64,000 nt of DNA from Candidatus Limnocylindrales bacterium. GTDB taxonomy: Bacteria; Chloroflexota; Limnocylindria; Limnocylindrales; CSP1-4. The first letter of the stretch is position 1, and every line of letters begins with the position of its first letter. The position numbers and the translations under genes are program-made. Below, piece after piece: positions 59,776 through 64,000 of the stretch. The stretch is from contig JBEKPB010000001.1 in the NCBI GenBank assembly GCA_049521175.1, positions 92,440-156,439 of the forward strand, given 5' to 3'. The notes under the pieces are model-generated. The model ran no database searches, had not been told where the DNA came from, and was given only the letters and a program-made list of their open reading frames with translations.

Positions 59776-61569
59776 TCAGCCAACCCACCAATCGGCGATA
59801 TTCCACTCCGCGCCGGACGGCATGGGGTTGCCCGTGAAGTTGTGGATCTTGGGATTAGCCAGCCACACGTCCTTGCGGAAGTACAGCGGCAGTTCATACG
59901 TGTTGCGATCCGAGCCGTAAATGTCCTGGATCGCGAACATGGAGTCGCGCACCTTGTTGAAGTCGACCGTCGTCGCAATGGCGTCATATGCCGAGTCCAG
60001 ACCGGGCAGGCCTATGCGAGTAACATTCTGACCATCGTTCGGAGCGGTATCCGGGATCTGGCTCGAGTAATAGGCCTTGTAGCCGAGCAGTGGATCCAGC
60101 GGTGAGACGTATGAGAACTCGGCCACGTCGTAGTTTCCGTGGCTCAAATTGCACAGCGTCCCCGCGTTCTTGGCCGTCCAGGGACCGAATACATCTGAGT
60201 CCGACTTGGCGTTGACGTCGACCTTGATGCCGATCTGCTTGAGCTGCGCCGCCATCAGCTTGAGCGTGTCGAGGCGGTACTGGCGGGTCGTCGTGCAATA
60301 CGAAAGCTCGAGCGTCTTGCCGCCTTTGGTCAAGTAGCCGTCGGCACCCTTGGTCCAGCCCGCATTGGCGAGCAGTACCGATGCCGTCGTCGGGTCGGCT
60401 GCGGTCGAGGTCGAGACAGCCTTGTAGTACCACGACAGGGGCGAGACGAAGTTGTTGCTGACGGTGACATTCCCGAGCAGCGGGCCCTGGGCGATGGCGC
60501 CTCGATCGGTGGCCAGCTTGATGGCCTGGATGATATTCGTCGCGTCCGTGTCGAACTTGGCCTTGAAGCTGGCGTTGTTGAAGGCCAGGAGCTCGTAGGT
60601 GCGCGAGTCGTGTATGACCTGCGCGTCCACGGTGACGCCAGAGAGGGCCGGAATATCAGCGTTGCTCAGGTCCTGGCCCACATCGTAGTCGCCCTTGCTG
60701 AATCCGTTGATCATGCTGCCTGCGTCGGCGTAGTACTTCCATGTCACGGCCGAGAGCCATGGCGCGTGGCCGCCGATTGTCTGCCAATTCGGGTTCGGCT
60801 TGAGTGTCATTTGAGTTCGACCTTGGAGGCTCGAAGGAATGTATGGGCCGCTGTACACGCCGCTGGCGAGATTGGACATCGGATAGAGTTTGGACTTTGC
60901 ATCCTTGATAGGTACTGTCGTGATGTAGTGAGCAGGCAGCAGCGAGGACACGAGTGTGAGGTAGCCCTCATACAGCTTGTCGAAATGCATGACGCACGTC
61001 GTCTCAGATCCGCCGTCCACGCCCGTGACGTCTTGCCAGCCGGCGGTGGCACCGGCCGGAAGACCAGTGTTGTCCTTGCTCGTGATCCATTGCCACGTTG
61101 CTTTGATGTCGTCGCAATTGATCGGCTGGCCATCCGACCACTGCATCCCGAGCCGCAGCTTCCAGGTGACGTCCATGCCGCCGCCGTTGATGACGACGCC
61201 GCCGTTGTCGAGCGTCGGCACGGTGAGGGCGAGGTCCGGAACGTACCTCAGGTCCGGGGTCACCTTCACCAGGCCATCGAACATGCTCCCGGCGACCTCG
61301 ACGTCCGTCGCCGTCCCGGCGAAGTACGGGTTGACGGCATCCGGGAACTGCCATTCCGCAATCACGACTTTGCCGCCCGTCGTGCCTGCCTGAACGGCCG
61401 TGTAAGAGGTGTCGGTGAGCGCCAGCGCGGCCGGGATCGGCGTGGGACCGGGAGTTGCGGCGGAGACGATCGGCTCTAGTGCGGAGCCCGAGGCGGTGGC
61501 GGTCGACTGACCGCATGCACCCGCGACCAGTGCGGCGACACCCAGCAGGCCGATCAGACGCGTGCGCAT
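59776..61569 (-). CDS. ABC family-5 substrate-binding lipoprotein (fourth SBP).
   Basis: The signal is MRTRLIGLLGVAALVAGACG. The SBP_bac_5 core follows. Confidence 0.8.
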   Translation of the reverse strand: MRTRLIGLLGVAALVAGACGQSTATASGSALEPIVSAATPGPTPIPAALALTDTSYTAVQAGTTGGKVVIAEWQFPDAVNPYFAGTATDVEVAGSMFDGLVKVTPDLRYVPDLALTVPTLDNGGVVINGGGMDVTWKLRLGMQWSDGQPINCDDIKATWQWITSKDNTGLPAGATAGWQDVTGVDGGSETTCVMHFDKLYEGYLTLVSSLLPAHYITTVPIKDAKSKLYPMSNLASGVYSGPYIPSSLQGRTQMTLKPNPNWQTIGGHAPWLSAVTWKYYADAGSMINGFSKGDYDVGQDLSNADIPALSGVTVDAQVIHDSRTYELLAFNNASFKAKFDTDATNIIQAIKLATDRGAIAQGPLLGNVTVSNNFVSPLSWYYKAVSTSTAADPTTASVLLANAGWTKGADGYLTKGGKTLELSYCTTTRQYRLDTLKLMAAQLKQIGIKVDVNAKSDSDVFGPWTAKNAGTLCNLSHGNYDVAEFSYVSPLDPLLGYKAYYSSQIPDTAPNDGQNVTRIGLPGLDSAYDAIATTVDFNKVRDSMFAIQDIYGSDRNTYELPLYFRKDVWLANPKIHNFTGNPMPSGAEWNIADWWVG

Positions 61570-61703
61570 CCAGACAGCTCCATAGCGAGTCGAACCCAAC
61601 AGCGCAGGCGAGAGCCTTCGGCGTCTTTGCCCTCCGTCAACAGCAGATGGACGGACGAGATTCCATCTGGCCTACGGGCGGAGCCGGGCTGTCACGGAAC
61701 GGT

Positions 61704-61732
61704 ACTATGCCCAGCCACCGACGGAGTGTCAA
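61704..61732 (-). promoter_or_regulatory. Candidate sigma-70-like promoter for the SBP/ABC operon.
   Basis: On the minus strand a TTGACA -35 box is separated by 17 nt from a CATAGT -10 box, about 135 nt upstream of the SBP start. Confidence 0.3.
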
Positions 61733-61895
61733 ACACGCCCGACCGGCCGGACCCGGCCGGAATCCCCGCAGGCCCGGGCCAGCCAGGGCAGCAGAAGCTA
61801 TGTGGTGCCGCCAGTACGGTCCGCCAATCAGCTCGGGTTCCGCCATCTACCACGGGGTCGATCATCGGTGACTGGACGTCTCGCCCGATAGCGGA

Positions 61896-63395
61896 TCAGT
61901 CCGGGCAGGGCGTCTGAACCCCGGTCATCGCCTTCCACCGCAGGTTGGGCTGACGCGCGGCCTTAGTCTCGTCTAGCCGGCGCACCGGTGAGCTGTGCGG
62001 CGCCTCGTGGAGAAGATCCGGGTCCGAGTGCGCCTCGGCCACGATGCAACGCAACGCCTCGACGAACGCGTCCAACGTCTCGAGCGGTTCGGTCTCGGTC
62101 GGCTCGATCAGGAGGGCCTCCTCCACCGTCAGCGGAAAGTAGATCGTGGGCGGGTGGAAGCCGTAGTCGATCAGTCTCTTGGCTACGTCGAGGGTGCGAA
62201 TCCCGGTCTCGGCCTTCAGGGTTGCGGACGAGGCAACGAACTCGTGCATGCACGGCCGTGAGAACGGCACGTCGAGGATTTCGGAGAGGCGAGCCTTCAG
62301 ATAGTTGGCCGCCAGAACGGCATCCTCGCTGACCTCGCACAGCCCGGAGCCCCCGTGGACGCGGATGTAGGCATAGGCTCGGACCAGAACGCCGGTGTTG
62401 CCCACGAATGCCCGCACGCGGCCGATGCTGGTTGGCCGCTCGCCGACGGTCTCGAGCCGGAACCGGCCGTCCGGTTCGCGCAGGACGCGAGGCGAAGGCA
62501 GAAACGGGAGCAGCTTCTCGCCCACGCCCACCGGCCCAGCACCCGGGCCGCCTCCTCCGTGGGGCGTGGAGAACGTCTTGTGGACGTTGATGTGCATGAC
62601 GTCGAAGCCTGCCTCGCCGGGCTTGAAGCGGCCCATGATCGCGTTGAGGTTCGCGCCATCCATATAGGCGAGCGCACCGGCCTCGTGAATGGCTTCGAGC
62701 AGCTCGCACAGGCGGCTCTCGAAGAGCCCGAGCGTCGAGGGGTTGGTGATCATCACCGCGGCTGTGCTAGGTCCGAGCGCGGCTCGGAAGGCGTCTACAT
62801 CAACGCCGCCGTCCGAGGCGGATGGGATGTTGACCGTCGTGAAACCGGCCATCGACGCCGTCGCCGGGTTCGTGCCGTGGGCCGAGTCGGGAACCAGGAC
62901 CTCGGTTCGTCCGGTATCGCCACGGCTGCGGTGATATGCCCGGACCATGAGGATCCCGGTCAGCTCGCCCTGGGCCCCGGCAGCCGGCTGCAGCGTGACG
63001 GCCTTCATCCCGCCGATCTCCGCGAGCGCACCTTCGAGTTCCCACAAGAGCTGCAACGTGCCCTGGGACAGCTCGTCGGGAGCCAGCGGATGAAGTGCTG
63101 CGAAGCCGTGCAGGCGCGCGGCCCACTCGTCGATCTTGGGGTTGTACTTCATGGTGCACGAGCCGAGCGGATAGAAGCCGGTGTCCACGGCGTAGTTGAG
63201 CTGGCTCAGGTTGACGTAGTGGCGGGTCAGCTCGGGTTCCGACACCTCGGGCAAACGCGGGCCCTCGGTCCGCAGCAGTCCGGCGGGGATGCGCGCCAGG
63301 ACGTCCTTGGGTGGATGCGGCACCTTGCCGCCCCCGCGGCCCGGCCGGGAGCGTTCGAAGAGAGTTGGTCCCAGGCGATCTCCGGCGGCCGTCAT
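61896..63395 (-). CDS. gcvPB: Glycine dehydrogenase (decarboxylating) subunit 2.
   Basis: The protein contains LSQLNYAVDTGFYPLGSCTMKYNPK, the PLP-Lys region NVHKTFSTPHGGGGPG, and 499 aa. Confidence 0.9.
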   Translation of the reverse strand: MTAAGDRLGPTLFERSRPGRGGGKVPHPPKDVLARIPAGLLRTEGPRLPEVSEPELTRHYVNLSQLNYAVDTGFYPLGSCTMKYNPKIDEWAARLHGFAALHPLAPDELSQGTLQLLWELEGALAEIGGMKAVTLQPAAGAQGELTGILMVRAYHRSRGDTGRTEVLVPDSAHGTNPATASMAGFTTVNIPSASDGGVDVDAFRAALGPSTAAVMITNPSTLGLFESRLCELLEAIHEAGALAYMDGANLNAIMGRFKPGEAGFDVMHINVHKTFSTPHGGGGPGAGPVGVGEKLLPFLPSPRVLREPDGRFRLETVGERPTSIGRVRAFVGNTGVLVRAYAYIRVHGGSGLCEVSEDAVLAANYLKARLSEILDVPFSRPCMHEFVASSATLKAETGIRTLDVAKRLIDYGFHPPTIYFPLTVEEALLIEPTETEPLETLDAFVEALRCIVAEAHSDPDLLHEAPHSSPVRRLDETKAARQPNLRWKAMTGVQTPCPD

Positions 63396-64000
63396 CGGGC
63401 GGCCCCCGCAAGCTCCGCGCCGAGCGCCGCCGCAAAGGCGGCGATCTCCTCGGACGTGGTCACTTCAGTCGCACACACGAGCAAGGCGTCGGTCAGGGCC
63501 GGGTCGTCCGGCACGGCTCTGACCAGCGGCAGGCCGGCCAGGATGCCGTGGTCGAGGAGACGGCCGTGGATGGCGGCCGCACCCGGAACGCGTACGGCGA
63601 ACTCATTCAGATATGGGCCGGGATGCAGCCGCGGTGCGCCGGCCGCGGCCAGGGCCGATTCGAGCTCGGCGGCTCGTGCGGCACCCAGGGTGGCGACGTC
63701 GCGCAGGCCGTGCGGCCCCATCGCGGCGAGGTAGATCCCGGCGGCCAGGGCGCACAGCGCCTGGTTGGTGCAGATGTTGCTGGCGGCCTTCTCGCGCCGG
63801 ATGTCCTGCTCGCGAGCCCTCAACGTCATCACGAAGGCCCGTTTTCCGTCGACGTCGGTAGTCATTCCGACGAGCCGGCCGGGGATCTGGCGGACCAGCG
63901 CCTCCCGGCAGGCCAGGATGCCCAGATACGGGCCGCCGTAGGCGAGCGGTATTCCGAGCGGTTGACCGTCGCCGGCGGCGATGTCCGCCTCGTAGCTTCC
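63392..64000 (-). CDS. gcvPA: Glycine dehydrogenase (decarboxylating) subunit 1, 5'-truncated by the window edge.
   Basis: The protein contains REQDIRREKAASNICTNQAL. The frame stays open to position 64000 (...ADIAAGDGQPLGIPLAYGGPYLGILACREALVRQIPGRLVG). There is an ATGA overlap with gcvPB. Confidence 0.85.
   Translation of the reverse strand, partial: GSYEADIAAGDGQPLGIPLAYGGPYLGILACREALVRQIPGRLVGMTTDVDGKRAFVMTLRAREQDIRREKAASNICTNQALCALAAGIYLAAMGPHGLRDVATLGAARAAELESALAAAGAPRLHPGPYLNEFAVRVPGAAAIHGRLLDHGILAGLPLVRAVPDDPALTDALLVCATEVTTSEEIAAFAAALGAELAGAAR

Noticed and set aside
61570-61895. A possible glycine riboswitch near gcvP.
   Set aside because: The region is downstream of gcvPB, not upstream of the gcv operon, so any riboswitch would lie beyond the window end. 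I saw no tandem aptamer-like structure.

Overview
This is a high-GC (about 70%) bacterial chromosomal segment, with Actinobacteria- or Chloroflexi-like codon usage, and almost every gene is on the minus strand. I saw no rRNA, CRISPR array, transposase or integrase, and no tRNA could be recognised by eye. Gene content from left to right is as follows.

- Two paralogous secreted lipoproteins with Pro-Thr linkers; the first is partial at the window edge, starts with GTG, and is absent from the ORF track.
- groES-groEL, with a textbook CIRCE/HrcA operator and a sigma-70-like promoter.
- A SAM-dependent methyltransferase.
- Two tandem Flp-type pilin genes, one of them below the ORF-track size cut-off.
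- A tandem DinB_2-domain protein, tatD and metG.
- A tightly translationally coupled purine-biosynthesis operon: purA-purD-purB-purC-purS-purQ-purL-purF-purM, followed by an in-frame purN-purH fusion.
- A 12-gene bacterial microcompartment (BMC) operon at 23974-32521, which is the centrepiece of the window (details below).
- A degraded ssb fragment, a small membrane protein and an intact ssb.
- A nucleoside-catabolism cluster: cdd, a trimeric purine nucleoside phosphorylase, a Udp/DeoD-family phosphorylase, and a BMP-family nucleoside ABC transporter.
- rsmI, and a glutamine-dependent NAD synthetase that appears split into a CN-hydrolase gene and a nadE gene.
- Two Dpp/Opp-type ABC importers carrying four family-5 substrate-binding lipoproteins between them.
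- gcvPB and the 3' end of gcvPA.

The BMC operon has the hallmarks of the poorly characterised sugar-phosphate-utilisation (SPU) BMC class. It encodes three BMC-P vertex proteins, one BMC-H, one tandem BMC-T and one permuted BMC-T. Its enzymes are a CoA-acylating aldehyde dehydrogenase, a deoxyribose-phosphate aldolase and a ribose-5-phosphate isomerase B, and each of the three carries an N-terminal amphipathic encapsulation-peptide-like extension. The operon also contains a SorC-family regulator, a second divergent DeoC without such a tag, and an RCC1-repeat Tat lipoprotein embedded between the genes. Its placement between the purine operon and the nucleoside salvage/transport genes argues for a deoxyribonucleoside to deoxyribose-5-P to acetaldehyde to acetyl-CoA pathway that is sequestered in a protein shell.

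Coordinates of motifs that I located by eye may be off by 1-2 nt.
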